NCBI GenBank assembly: GCA_034520945.1
Contig: JAXHNB010000001.1
Coordinates: 192,001-256,000 of the forward strand
Direction of reading: 5' to 3'
Source of the DNA: Trueperaceae bacterium
GTDB taxonomy: Bacteria > Deinococcota > Deinococci > Deinococcales > Trueperaceae
Length of the DNA: 64,000 nucleotides
Part shown: piece by piece, positions 40,860 through 51,625 of the stretch
Position numbering within the stretch: position 1 is the first letter of the stretch
How the letters are laid out: each line of letters starts with the position of its first letter
Translations under genes and position numbers: made by a program
The notes under the pieces: generated by a model
What the model was told of the DNA's origin: nothing
Database searches by the model: none
Seen by the model: only the letters and a program-made list of their open reading frames with translations

Positions 40860-41031
40860 TCGCTCGCGTGCCTCCTTGCGTTTCGGCCCGTAGGGCGCTC
40901 GTCAGGGACGTCGAAATTCGCCCCGAACGCGAGGATGCGGAATATGCACCGTCGCCTGCAGGCGGGCGCGTTGGTACAGGCGGCCCGTCACGTCACGCCC
41001 CTCGCCCCGGCGTGGGCCGTAGCATGGGGGT

Positions 41032-41586
41032 ATGGACGAGAACCAATCGACGCGAGCGACCGCGACCCTCGGCGGCGGCTGTTTCTGGTGCCTGGACGCC
41101 GTGTATCGCCACGTGGAGGGCGTGACGAACGTGACCAGCGGCTACGCGGGCGGGCACGTGGAGAACCCCACCTACCAGCAGGTCTGCACGGGTCGGACGG
41201 GGCACGCCGAGGTGGTGCAGGTCGAATTCGACCCCTCCGTGGTGTCGTACCGGGACCTGCTCGGCATCTTCTTTTCGGTGCACGATCCCACCACCAAGGA
41301 CCGGCAGGGGGCGGACGTGGGGCCGCAGTACCGCTCCCTCGTGTTGGCCGAAGACGACGCGCAGGAGCGGACCGCCTACGACGTCATCGCGGAGGTGGAG
41401 CGCGAAGGCGTCTGGGACGCCCCGATCGTGACCGACGTGGCGCGTCTCACCGCCTTCTACCCGGCCGAGCCGTACCACCAGAACTTCTTCACGAACTACC
41501 CGGAGCAGGCCTACTGCGCGGCCGTGATCGCGCCCAAGGTGGCGCAGTTCCGGCACCGCTTCGCGGACCGTCTGAAGACCGCCTGA
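41032..41586 (+). CDS. msrA: Peptide-methionine (S)-S-oxide reductase
   Basis: GGGCFWC, GYAGG, TGHAEVV, HDPTT and AEPYHQ motifs. Confidence 0.97.
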   Translation: MDENQSTRATATLGGGCFWCLDAVYRHVEGVTNVTSGYAGGHVENPTYQQVCTGRTGHAEVVQVEFDPSVVSYRDLLGIFFSVHDPTTKDRQGADVGPQYRSLVLAEDDAQERTAYDVIAEVEREGVWDAPIVTDVARLTAFYPAEPYHQNFFTNYPEQAYCAAVIAPKVAQFRHRFADRLKTA

Positions 41587-41715
41587 ACGGCCTCCAGGCG
41601 TCGTGGACGTTTCGGCCGCGCGGGGGGACGCGCGCCGGGCGTGCGCGTGGACAGGGGGCCGCGCCGTGGGTAGGATGGGCGCCGTCAGCTTCGTTTCCGG
41701 AGGAGGAGATACCCC

Positions 41716-42747
41716 ATGAACACCCGATGGTTGCCGTCCTTGTTGCTGGTTCTGGCCGTGTCGTTCGCGGTTGCGCAGGATACCCACGGCGTCGAACCGC
41801 TGGACCCGCCCGAGACCGTGCGCGTGGCGTACGTGCCGATCATGAAGTTCGCCACCATGTACGTCGCCGAGGAGCGCGGCCTGTTCGAGAAGTACGGCCT
41901 GGACCTCGAGATCGACCGTGTCTCGTCGGGCACCGAAGCGATCGCGTTCTTGACCCAGGGACAGATCGACGTGGGCGGCATCGCCATCGTCACCAGCCTG
42001 TGGAACGGCTGGAACGAAGGGCTCGACATCCGCATCATTGCGCCCGGCGCGCTGGAGCCGTTCGAGGACAGCCCCACCAAGTTCATGGTGCGCAGCGACC
42101 TGATGGCGTCGGGCGAGGTCGAGGAGATCGCCGACCTGGAGGGCCGCACCGTGGCGTTGGCCGGTGGGCCCGGCTCCGGCGGCGAGTACCTGGCGACCAA
42201 GGCGCTGGAGCGAGGGGAATTGACCATCCGCGACGTGCAGATCCAGCGCATCAACAACGCCGACATTCCCGGCGCGTTCGAGGCCGGCACCATCGACGCG
42301 GCGCTGCTCGGGTCGCCGTACGCCGACCAGGCGCAGGACGCCGGCACGGCCGAGCCCATCGCCGAGGACCTGGTGCCGGGCCTGATGACGGTGGCGTTCG
42401 TCGGCTCGGGCAACTTCGTGGAGAACCGGCCCGAAGTGGCGGAGCGCTTCGTGCTGGCGCTGACCGAAGCGGCCCGCATGATGCAGGGCGAGGACTACCT
42501 GGCCGAGGAGAACCTCGCGGCCTACCTGCGGTACGTCAACTCGACCGAGGAGGCGCTGCGCTCGGGCCGGCCGGTGGTGTACGACCCCAACGTGGAGCTG
42601 CCGCTGGACGGGCTCGCGGACGTGGAGCGCGTCCACCGCGAGAACGGCCGGACGGATTACGAGGAACCGATCGATCTGGAGGCGGTGGTGGACACCCGCT
42701 TCACCGAGTTCGCGCGCGAGGTGCTTGGCTCTCAGCCGCTCGAGTGA
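41716..42747 (+). CDS. ABC substrate-binding protein, SsuA/NMT1/TauA family
   Basis: Signal peptide, YVAEERGLFEKYGLD and DLEGRTVA motifs; adjacent ATPase and permease. Confidence 0.88.
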   Translation: MNTRWLPSLLLVLAVSFAVAQDTHGVEPLDPPETVRVAYVPIMKFATMYVAEERGLFEKYGLDLEIDRVSSGTEAIAFLTQGQIDVGGIAIVTSLWNGWNEGLDIRIIAPGALEPFEDSPTKFMVRSDLMASGEVEEIADLEGRTVALAGGPGSGGEYLATKALERGELTIRDVQIQRINNADIPGAFEAGTIDAALLGSPYADQAQDAGTAEPIAEDLVPGLMTVAFVGSGNFVENRPEVAERFVLALTEAARMMQGEDYLAEENLAAYLRYVNSTEEALRSGRPVVYDPNVELPLDGLADVERVHRENGRTDYEEPIDLEAVVDTRFTEFAREVLGSQPLE

Positions 42748-42826
42748 CGCGCCGAGCGTGAACGAGTTCCGCGGGGCGCGCGGGCCCGAAACCCGCGCGC
42801 CCCGCCTTCGTGCGAGGCTCGACCCC

Positions 42827-43609
42827 ATGCAGTCCAAGATCCACGCCCGCGACGTGCTCAAGGTGTTCGAAACGCGAGGGGGTCCCCTCACCGCCCTCCA
42901 CGGCTTCGACCTGGAGGTGGCCGAGGGCGAGTTCGTGTGCATCGTCGGGCCCTCGGGCTGCGGCAAGTCCACCTTCCTGCGGATCCTGGCGAACCTCGAG
43001 CCCGCGTCGGGCGGCGAGGTGACCATCGCGCCCGGCCCCGATGCCAGCAAGCCCAGCAACAACGTGGTGTTCCAGGAGTACGCGGTGTTCCCCTGGAAGA
43101 CGGTCCGTCAGAACGTCGAGTTCGGCCTGCGCATGCGGGGGGTGCCGCGCCGGACGCGGGCGCGCGAGGTGGACCGGTGGCTGAAGCGGGTGGGGCTGAC
43201 GCGCTTCGCGGACGCGTTTCCCTCGCAGCTCTCGGGCGGCATGAAGCAGCGCGTGTCGATCGCGCGGGCGCTGGCCAACGATCCCGAGGTGCTGTTGATG
43301 GACGAGCCGCTGGGGGCGCTGGACGCGCAGACGCGCCTGATGCTGCAGGAGGAGCTGCTGCGCCTGTGGGAGGAGACCGGCAAGACGATCGTCTACATCA
43401 CGCACAGCCTGGAGGAGGCGGTGCTGCTGTCCGACCGGGTGGTGGTGATGACCGCGCATCCGGGGACCGTGAAGCGGGTGTTCGACATCGACCTGCCGCG
43501 GCCGCGCAGCATCGAGACCACCTCGACCGCACGGTTCGCGGAGTTGACCGGCCTGCTGTGGGAGGAGCTTCGCGACGAGGTGGCGCGCACGTTGGAGGCG
43601 GAGGCGTGA
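42827..43609 (+). CDS. ABC ATPase, NitT/TauT family
   Basis: GPSGCGKST, LSGGMKQR, LLMDEP and ITHSLEEA motifs. Confidence 0.94.
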   Translation: MQSKIHARDVLKVFETRGGPLTALHGFDLEVAEGEFVCIVGPSGCGKSTFLRILANLEPASGGEVTIAPGPDASKPSNNVVFQEYAVFPWKTVRQNVEFGLRMRGVPRRTRAREVDRWLKRVGLTRFADAFPSQLSGGMKQRVSIARALANDPEVLLMDEPLGALDAQTRLMLQEELLRLWEETGKTIVYITHSLEEAVLLSDRVVVMTAHPGTVKRVFDIDLPRPRSIETTSTARFAELTGLLWEELRDEVARTLEAEA

Positions 43610-43615
43610 CGCGCG

Positions 43616-44641
43616 TTGCGGCGCGTGTCGCGGCGGCGTGGTGGTCGCCGCTGGTGGGTCCTGCTGCTGCTGGACGGGTTGGCGGGCGCGGTGGGCGCGT
43701 GGTCGCGCTTCTGGTGGGCGTTGCTGGCGGTCGACTTCGCGCTGCTGGTGGTGAGCGCGCAGCGCCTGGAGCCCCTGTTGGGCCCGCGCGGGCGGGAGCG
43801 GCTGCGCACCGTCCTGGCGTGGGGCTTCCCGGTGCTGGTGCTGTTGGCGTGGGAGGCGATCGTGCGGGCGGAGATCCTGAACCCGCGCTGGTTCCCGCCG
43901 CCCACGTCGATCGCGGGGGCGTTGTGGGACCTGACGGTGAACTTCGACGAGTTCAACGAGACCAGCCTGATCGGGCGGCCGTGGCTGATCCCGCAGCGGG
44001 CGTTGGACGAAGGCTGGCCGGGGGTGCGGGCGCTGTTCGTCGAGAGCCACGTCTGGGCCACGCTGGGGCGGGTGTTCGGCGGCTTCGTGCTGGGGTCGGT
44101 GCCGGGCGTGCTGATCGGGGTGCTGATGGGCCTGAACCGCACGGTGCGCAGCATGCTGGACGCCACCATGTCGGCGGTGTACGTGCTGCCCAAGATCGCC
44201 ATCTTCCCGATCCTGATGCTGGTGTTCCCCGACCCGTTCGGCGAGGGGCCCAAGATCGCGGTGGTCGCGATCAGCGCGTTCTTCCTGGTCGCCATCAACA
44301 GCATGGCGGGGGTGCAGGGGATCGATCCGGTGTTTTTGCAGGCGGGCCGAAACTTCGGGGCGGGCCGCCTGCAGATGCTGCGGCACGTGATCCTGCCCGG
44401 CGCCATGCCGATCGTGTTTTCGGGTCTGCGCCTGGCGCTGGGCACCAGCCTGATCGTGATCGTGGCGGTGGAGTTCATCCGCGCGCAGACGGGCGTGGGG
44501 TTCGTGGTGTTCTACCACTGGCAGGTGCTGAGCACCCCGAAGATGTACGCGGGCCTGGTGGTGGTGATGGCGCTCGGGGTGGGCCTGACGGCGTTGTTGC
44601 AGTGGGCGGAACGCCGGGTGATGCCCTGGCGCCGCGGATGA
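43616..44641 (+). CDS. ABC permease, NitT/TauT family
   Basis: FPPP, PKIAIFP and EAA-like loop (AGRNFGA...ILPGAMP); the true start may be GTG 43606 with a one-base indel near 43657. Confidence 0.88.
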   Translation: MRRVSRRRGGRRWWVLLLLDGLAGAVGAWSRFWWALLAVDFALLVVSAQRLEPLLGPRGRERLRTVLAWGFPVLVLLAWEAIVRAEILNPRWFPPPTSIAGALWDLTVNFDEFNETSLIGRPWLIPQRALDEGWPGVRALFVESHVWATLGRVFGGFVLGSVPGVLIGVLMGLNRTVRSMLDATMSAVYVLPKIAIFPILMLVFPDPFGEGPKIAVVAISAFFLVAINSMAGVQGIDPVFLQAGRNFGAGRLQMLRHVILPGAMPIVFSGLRLALGTSLIVIVAVEFIRAQTGVGFVVFYHWQVLSTPKMYAGLVVVMALGVGLTALLQWAERRVMPWRRG

Positions 44642-44705
44642 GGCTTCGCGTGGACCGTGGCGCGTCCAGCGCCGGGTGGGCGGCGGCCGCGCCACGGTCG
44701 CGGCG

Positions 44706-45908
<1,203 letters not shown>

Positions 45909-46027
45909 GTGCGCACTCCCTTCGCGCCGCGCCGACCGGGGCCGGCCACGCGACGCGCACATCTTCGCGCATACCCGGGGTGGGTATCGAGGGACGGGCG
46001 TCCCGCGCGCCGCGTGCGCGGCGCGGG

Positions 46028-46447
46028 TCAGCCGGGGGCGTCGTCGGCGGGCTCGAAGGCGAGCGCGACGCCGTTGTTGCAGTACCGCAGGCCGGTCGGG
46101 TCGGGCCCGTCCTCGAAGACGTGGCCCTGGTGGCCGCCGCAGTGGCTGCAGTGGTACTCGCGCCGCGGCACGGCGAGCGAATGGTCGAGCTTCGTCTCCA
46201 GCGCGCCGGGCAACGGCTCGAAGAACGACGGCCAGCCGGAGCCGGAGTCGAACTTGGCGTCGGCGCGGAACAGCGGCTGTCCGCAGCCGGCGCAGCGGTA
46301 CAGGCCGGGACGCAGCTCGTGCTCCAGGGGGCTGCTGCCGGGCGGTTCGGTGGCTTCGTGCCGTAGGACGCGGAAGGCGTCGTCGTTCAGGCGCGCGCGC
46401 CAGTCCGCTTCCGTGGTGGGGGTGCGTTCATCGCGAGGCTCGCTCAT
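46028..46447 (-). CDS. msrB: Peptide-methionine (R)-S-oxide reductase
   Basis: CAGC and CSHC zinc ligands, KFDSGSGWPSF, GHVFEDGP and RYCNN motifs. Confidence 0.96.
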   Translation of the reverse strand: MSEPRDERTPTTEADWRARLNDDAFRVLRHEATEPPGSSPLEHELRPGLYRCAGCGQPLFRADAKFDSGSGWPSFFEPLPGALETKLDHSLAVPRREYHCSHCGGHQGHVFEDGPDPTGLRYCNNGVALAFEPADDAPG

Positions 46448-46516
46448 GGACCCAGCATAGGGGCGCGGGCGGCCACGCGCCGTTCCGTGGGGCGCATCGG
46501 CCGCGGGCCGGCGCAC

Positions 46517-47770
46517 TCAGTCCAGCGTGATGGGGCCGCGCGGCGCGTCAGGGTCCAGGGGGTGTTCGGCGCGGATCAGCGCGCGCGCCTCGTCCATGTG
46601 GCCGAACGCGTTCCAGGTCAGGACGCCGCGCACGCGCCCCTCGTCCAGGTAGTACGCCACGCCGGCCGCCAGGGCGTCCGCGTCCGCGTCGGCGATCGGT
46701 CCGTCCAGCAGCACGTCCGCGCGCGGGTCGCACCGCCCCACCGCCTCGTAGCCGAGGTCGAACAGGTCGCTGTAGAAGTAGGGGAGGTGGTCGTAGGGGG
46801 CGTCGTGCCCCGCCATCACGCGACCGACGTGCACGCCGCCGGTCTTGGCGTGGTCCTCGTGCTCCACGCGCATCGTGCCCAGCACGGGCGCGGGGAAGCG
46901 GGCCACGTCGCCGGCGGCGTACACGTCCGCGGCGGAGGTCCGGAATCGGTCGTCCACCACGATGCCGTCGTCCACGTGAATGCCGGCGCGCTCCGCCAAC
47001 GCGGTGTTGGGGGCCACGCCGACCGCGAGGATCACGGCGTCGGCGGTCCAGGCGTCGCCGCCGTCGCTGCGCACCTCGATCGGCCCCTCGTCGCGCGATG
47101 AGAGCGGGACCAGCTCGTCCACCAGCGTGCTGGGCAGCACCCGGACGCCGTCGCGACGGAAGCGGCGGGTGACGCGTGCGGCCAGCGAGGCGGGGAACAG
47201 GTTGGCGCCCAGGTCCCGCTCGGGGAAGGCCATGGTGAGTTCAAGTCCGCGGGTGCGAAGGGCGGCCGCCAGTTCGCTGCCGAGGAAGCCGCCGCCGACC
47301 ACCGTGACGCGGTGGGCGTCGGCCAATCGCGCGTGCAGGCGTTCGAAGTCGTCCCGGGTGCGAAACGTGGTCACCTGCGGGTAGGTCTTCGCGAAGGGCG
47401 GGCGGTGGGCGGTCGCCCCCGTCGCCAGCAGCGCCCGCCCGTAGCGCCAGCGTCGCCCCCGTGCGTCGGTGGCCAGGTGGGCCGCTGGATCGAGGTCGGT
47501 GACGCGGGTGCCGAGCTCCAGCCGCGCCCCCTCGAACAGGTCCGGATCGTGCTGGATGGCGCCCAAGTCGGGCGGCTCCTCCGACCACAGGTCCTTGGAG
47601 AGCGGGGGGCGTTCGTAGGGCGGGTGGGGCTCCTCCCCGATCAGCGCGATGGTGGCGTCGGGCGTTTCGGAGAGGACGCCGACCACGGCCGCGGACGCCG
47701 TCATGCCGCCGCCGATGATCAACACGTCGACATGGATCGGCTCGCGCGTTGCCGGCGCCGCGGGCGTCAC
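46517..47770 (-). CDS. NAD(P)/FAD-dependent oxidoreductase (ferredoxin reductase/AIF-like)
   Basis: PYERPPLSK, ATGA, GGGFLGSELA, YAAGD, RVEH and PYFYSD motifs. Confidence 0.9.
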   Translation of the reverse strand: MTPAAPATREPIHVDVLIIGGGMTASAAVVGVLSETPDATIALIGEEPHPPYERPPLSKDLWSEEPPDLGAIQHDPDLFEGARLELGTRVTDLDPAAHLATDARGRRWRYGRALLATGATAHRPPFAKTYPQVTTFRTRDDFERLHARLADAHRVTVVGGGFLGSELAAALRTRGLELTMAFPERDLGANLFPASLAARVTRRFRRDGVRVLPSTLVDELVPLSSRDEGPIEVRSDGGDAWTADAVILAVGVAPNTALAERAGIHVDDGIVVDDRFRTSAADVYAAGDVARFPAPVLGTMRVEHEDHAKTGGVHVGRVMAGHDAPYDHLPYFYSDLFDLGYEAVGRCDPRADVLLDGPIADADADALAAGVAYYLDEGRVRGVLTWNAFGHMDEARALIRAEHPLDPDAPRGPITLD

Positions 47771-47773
47771 GGC

Positions 47774-48430
47774 TCAGGTCCCGCTGGCTGCGACGTGCCG
47801 AAGGAGGGCGCGCGCCGCCGTGAGTTCGTCCTCGTTGACGGTGTGGCCCAGCCCTGGGTAGAGGCGCACGTCCACCTCGGCGCCCTTGGCGCGCAGGGCT
47901 TCGGCGCTCTCCTCGACGCGGCCGGTGGGGATGTGCGGGTCGGGGTCGGCGCTGCCGATGAACACCGGGGTTCGGCTCAGGTCGTCCGCGTACGCGCCGG
48001 GCTCCAGCGTGTCGCCGATCAGCCCGCCGGCCAACGCGATCACGGCGCCGAGTGGGCGGCCCGAGCGCGCGAACGCGTCCAGCGACAGGCAGGCCCCCTG
48101 CGAGAAGCCGGCCAGCACCGTCCGCTCCGAGGGGATGCCGTGGCTGGCGATCTCGTCCAGCACGCGGTCGACCTGGCGGAGGGCGGAGTCCAGCCACGGC
48201 TGGTTGGCCTCGCGCGGCTCCACGAAGCGCTGCGGGTACCAGGCGCCGCCGTGCGCTTGGGGCGCCCGGATCGCGAGCTTGGCCTCCAGGCCGTCCACCA
48301 GCGCCTCGGCCAAGGGGAGCATGCTTTCGGCCGGCGCCCCGCGCCCGTGCAGCAGGACGAGGGCCATGTCGGCCTCGGCGAGGGGGGCGCCGGCCTCGAC
48401 GACCGGTCCGTGGGCGTGCGGGTCTTCCAT
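47774..48430 (-). CDS. Phospholipase/carboxylesterase (alpha/beta hydrolase)
   Basis: LLHGRG, GFSQG nucleophile, DPHIP and GHT catalytic-triad motifs. Confidence 0.9.
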   Translation of the reverse strand: MEDPHAHGPVVEAGAPLAEADMALVLLHGRGAPAESMLPLAEALVDGLEAKLAIRAPQAHGGAWYPQRFVEPREANQPWLDSALRQVDRVLDEIASHGIPSERTVLAGFSQGACLSLDAFARSGRPLGAVIALAGGLIGDTLEPGAYADDLSRTPVFIGSADPDPHIPTGRVEESAEALRAKGAEVDVRLYPGLGHTVNEDELTAARALLRHVAASGT

Positions 48431-48536
48431 GGGGGCGTCACCTCCGGGGGTGCGGCGTCTCGGGGGTGCGGTTCGGTGGGCGCCGGGGCCGCGTCGGGCA
48501 ACGGCCGCGGGCGGGATGGGACCGTACGCTGAAGGC

Positions 48537-48995
48537 ATGGACCCGACCGATTGGCCGAACGAGAGCGACTGGGTCTGGAAGGGGCCGGTGGCGCCCCCGG
48601 CGGCGTGGGGCCGGCCCGGCGTGGTGCTGGCGTTCAACGTGTCGTGCGCCGGCTGCGTGTCGCGGGCGATTCCGTTCATGAAACGTCTGCACGCCGAGCA
48701 CGGCGCGCGGCTGCGCCTCGCATCGTTGCACACCGCGCACGGTCACCGCGTGCTGCCGCGCGACGCGGTCGCGCCGGAGGTGGAGCGCTTCGCGTCGAGC
48801 TTCGCGCGGCTGCCGTTCGCCGTCGCGCTGGACCTGGACGGGGCGCGGGCCGCACGGTGGGGGGCGGAGGGCACGCCGCACTGGTTCGTGTTCGACGCGG
48901 ACGGCGCCCTGGTGCGGAGCATCTTCGGCTCGCAGGACAACGCCACCACCCGCCTGGCGTACCTGGTGGAGGAGCTGCTGGAGGCGGCGCCATGA
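48537..48995 (+). CDS. Thioredoxin-fold/redoxin protein
   Basis: CAGC active site and cis-Pro GTP loop; TACGCT-N6-ATG start. Confidence 0.8.
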   Translation: MDPTDWPNESDWVWKGPVAPPAAWGRPGVVLAFNVSCAGCVSRAIPFMKRLHAEHGARLRLASLHTAHGHRVLPRDAVAPEVERFASSFARLPFAVALDLDGARAARWGAEGTPHWFVFDADGALVRSIFGSQDNATTRLAYLVEELLEAAP

Positions 48996-49462
48996 GCGGC
49001 CGTCTGGTGCCCAGCACGCTGGTGTACGTGCGGCGGGACGGTCACACCCTGATGATGCGCAAGGCCCGCGGCCACCAGGCCGGCAAGTGGAACGGCCTGG
49101 GCGGCAAGGCCGAGCCCGGCGAGATGCCGGAGGCCTGCGCGCGCCGCGAGGTGCGCGAGGAGGCCGGCCTGGAGGTGTCGCGCCTGTGGTACCGGGGCCT
49201 GATCGTGTTTCCGCGCTTCGACGGCCACAACGACTGGTACGTGTGGATCTTCCTGGCCACCGCTCGCGGCGAACCGCGCGACTCGGCGGAGGGGCGCCTC
49301 GCCTGGGTGCCGACCGATCAGGTGGCCGACCTGAACGTGCACGAGGGCGACCGCGTGTTCCTGCCGTGGCTGGAGCGTGCGGGGCAGGTGTTCTCCGCCC
49401 GCTTCGACTACGAAGACGGCCGCTTCACGGGGCACGAGGTGGCGTTCTACCCGGGCGGGTGA
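48992..49462 (+). CDS. Nudix hydrolase (MutT/MTH1-like 8-oxo-dGTPase)
   Basis: WNGLGGKAEPGE...ARREVREEAG Nudix box; SAEG and EGD motifs. Confidence 0.88.
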   Translation: MSGRLVPSTLVYVRRDGHTLMMRKARGHQAGKWNGLGGKAEPGEMPEACARREVREEAGLEVSRLWYRGLIVFPRFDGHNDWYVWIFLATARGEPRDSAEGRLAWVPTDQVADLNVHEGDRVFLPWLERAGQVFSARFDYEDGRFTGHEVAFYPGG

Positions 49463-49489
49463 AGCGCGGCATCGGGCGCTGGGCCGGGC

Positions 49490-50095
49490 TTAGCGCCCCT
49501 CGCGCCGTACCCCCGCCAGCATGGTGACGCCCCCCAGGATCAGCAGCAGCGGCAGGAGCCAGCTGGGCAGGCCGCGGGCGGGATCGTTGACCACCACCGT
49601 CATCACCGCGAAGAACACGGCCGGGAACGACGCCCAGCGCGCGTGCCGCCCGGCGTCGTCCGGCACCAGGTACACCGCGCTGAAGGTGGCCGCGAAGCCG
49701 AGGAACAACACCGGGGCGGGATTCCAGGCGGGGGCGACCGCGTTCGCCATGCCCGTCAGCGTGACGCTGGCCAGCAGGCCGCCCACCAGGAGTGGCCACG
49801 TCCGCTGCGGCGTCCGTGCCCAGCGGCCCAGAAACGCGGCGGCCAACACCGCAGGCGGCGCCAGCCCCTGCAGCGGCCCCGCCCCGACCAGCGCGGCCAC
49901 CCCCAGCAGCAGGGTTCCCAGCAGGCGATGGGTTTGCGGGATCTCCCGCGCGGGCCGGGCCCACAGCAGGGCGACCAGCGCGGCCAGCAGCAGCAACCAC
50001 GCTGCGGACGGCACGGCGGGCAGCCAGGCGAAGCGGCGCGCCATGCCGGCCATCCCCACCACGACTAGCAGGAGGCCCACGGCGCGTCCACTCAC
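49490..50095 (-). CDS. Polytopic membrane protein (LiaF/LiaI-like accessory), coupled to the kinase gene
   Basis: About 7 TM; LFLGFAATFSAVYL...WASFPA resembles the 52410-53213 product; GTGA overlap with the kinase stop. Confidence 0.7.
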   Translation of the reverse strand: MSGRAVGLLLVVVGMAGMARRFAWLPAVPSAAWLLLLAALVALLWARPAREIPQTHRLLGTLLLGVAALVGAGPLQGLAPPAVLAAAFLGRWARTPQRTWPLLVGGLLASVTLTGMANAVAPAWNPAPVLFLGFAATFSAVYLVPDDAGRHARWASFPAVFFAVMTVVVNDPARGLPSWLLPLLLILGGVTMLAGVRREGR

Positions 50096-51624
50096 GGCGT
50101 GTCCTCGCCGCCCTCGTCGCCGCCTCCCGGCGTAGCGGCCGGGTGGGCCGGCACGCGCGCACGGACGGTCGTGCCCTCGCCCGGCGAAGACGCGATCCGC
50201 AGCGTGCCGCCGACGGCCTCCAGGCGTTCCCTCATCGAGGTGAGCCCCAGGTGCCCGGGCACGTCGGCGGAGGTCGCGGCGGCGGTTTCGAAGCCGGCGC
50301 CGTCGTCGTGCACCTCAAGCGTCCAGCGGGCCTCGTCGGTCTTGCCCGGCGGGGCCAACACGATGCGGACGGAGGTGGCCCGCGCGTGCTTGACGACGTT
50401 GTGCACCGCCTCCTGCGCGACGCGGAACAGCGTGGTCTTCACCTCGGTGGCCAGGTCGGGCTCGGCGTCGGCCACCAGCTCGGCGTGCAGGCCGTGACGG
50501 CGCTCCAGCACCTCGCTCTGGCGGCGCAGCACGCCGAGGAGCCCCTCGTCCTCCAGCGCCGCCGGGCGCAGCTCGAAGATCAGCGCGCGCATCTCGGCGA
50601 GGGCGGCCTGCGCCAGGTTCTCCACGTACTCCAGCGCGTCGCGGGTCTTCTCGGTGCCGCCTGGGAGGTGTCGCTGGGCGGCGTGGGTGCCCAGCAGGAT
50701 GGCGTACAGCGCTTGGCTGACCGAGTCGTGCAGTTCCCGCGCCAGGTGCTGCCGCTCGTCGACCGCAGCGCGCTGCTGGACGCGCTCGTACAGCTGCGCG
50801 TTCTCCAGCGCCACCGCCGCCTGGTTCGCGAACGCGCGCGCCAGGACGCTGCGGGGTTCGCTGAGCGCCCCGGAGGGAACGACGGCCAGCACGCCGGCCA
50901 CGCTGCCGCGCACCCGCAGCGGGATGGCCCACACACCGTCTTCGTGCACCTCCGCCTCATGGGACGCGGCCCGTGCCGCGACGGCCTCCGCGGGCGCGTC
51001 GCCGCGCGACGCCAGGCGGCGCAGCGACCCGCCCGGCACCAACTCGTACACGGCCGCGCCGCGGGCCGGTACCGCCGACGTCAGCCGTTCCAGCAGCACC
51101 TCCAGCAACGGCGACAACTCGAGCGTCAAAGCCGTGGCGTTGGAGATCGCGAGGAGCGCGTGCAGCTCCTCGGTACGCTCCTGCACGCGTTGCTCCAGGT
51201 GCTCCCGCGATTCGGCCAGCGCCTGCGACATCGCGTTGAAGTCCTCCGCCAGCCGGCCCAACTCGCTGCGGGAGGTGACGGGGAGGGTGGTGCCGAGGCG
51301 GCCGGCCGCCACCTGGCGGGTGCCGCGCACCAACTGCACGATCGGCTCGGTGAGGAGGGTGCGGCTGAACACGGTCGCGCCGACCAGCGTGAACAGGAAC
51401 ACGGCCGCGAGGTTGATCAGGGTGGCGCGCAGCACCCCGCCGACCTCCACCTCGACGTTGGCGCCCGCTTCGGTGCTGCGGGCCGCCTGCACGGCGTCCT
51501 GCACCACCAGGTCGAAGCCGCGCACGATCAGGATGGCGGTGGCGAGCGTGAGCACGGCGACGACCCCCAGGATCAGCAGGGTCAGGCGGGTCCCCAGCCG
51601 GTGCCAGAAGGGGATCTCGCGCAT
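50092..51624 (-). CDS. Sensor histidine kinase (2 TM, HAMP, GAF, HisKA_3, HATPase)
   Basis: ELGRLAEDFNAM, ERQHLARELHDSVSQ, QEAVHNVVKHA, DDGAGF and HLGLTSMRER motifs. Confidence 0.95.
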   Translation of the reverse strand: MREIPFWHRLGTRLTLLILGVVAVLTLATAILIVRGFDLVVQDAVQAARSTEAGANVEVEVGGVLRATLINLAAVFLFTLVGATVFSRTLLTEPIVQLVRGTRQVAAGRLGTTLPVTSRSELGRLAEDFNAMSQALAESREHLEQRVQERTEELHALLAISNATALTLELSPLLEVLLERLTSAVPARGAAVYELVPGGSLRRLASRGDAPAEAVAARAASHEAEVHEDGVWAIPLRVRGSVAGVLAVVPSGALSEPRSVLARAFANQAAVALENAQLYERVQQRAAVDERQHLARELHDSVSQALYAILLGTHAAQRHLPGGTEKTRDALEYVENLAQAALAEMRALIFELRPAALEDEGLLGVLRRQSEVLERRHGLHAELVADAEPDLATEVKTTLFRVAQEAVHNVVKHARATSVRIVLAPPGKTDEARWTLEVHDDGAGFETAAATSADVPGHLGLTSMRERLEAVGGTLRIASSPGEGTTVRARVPAHPAATPGGGDEGGEDTP

Positions 51625-51625
51625 G

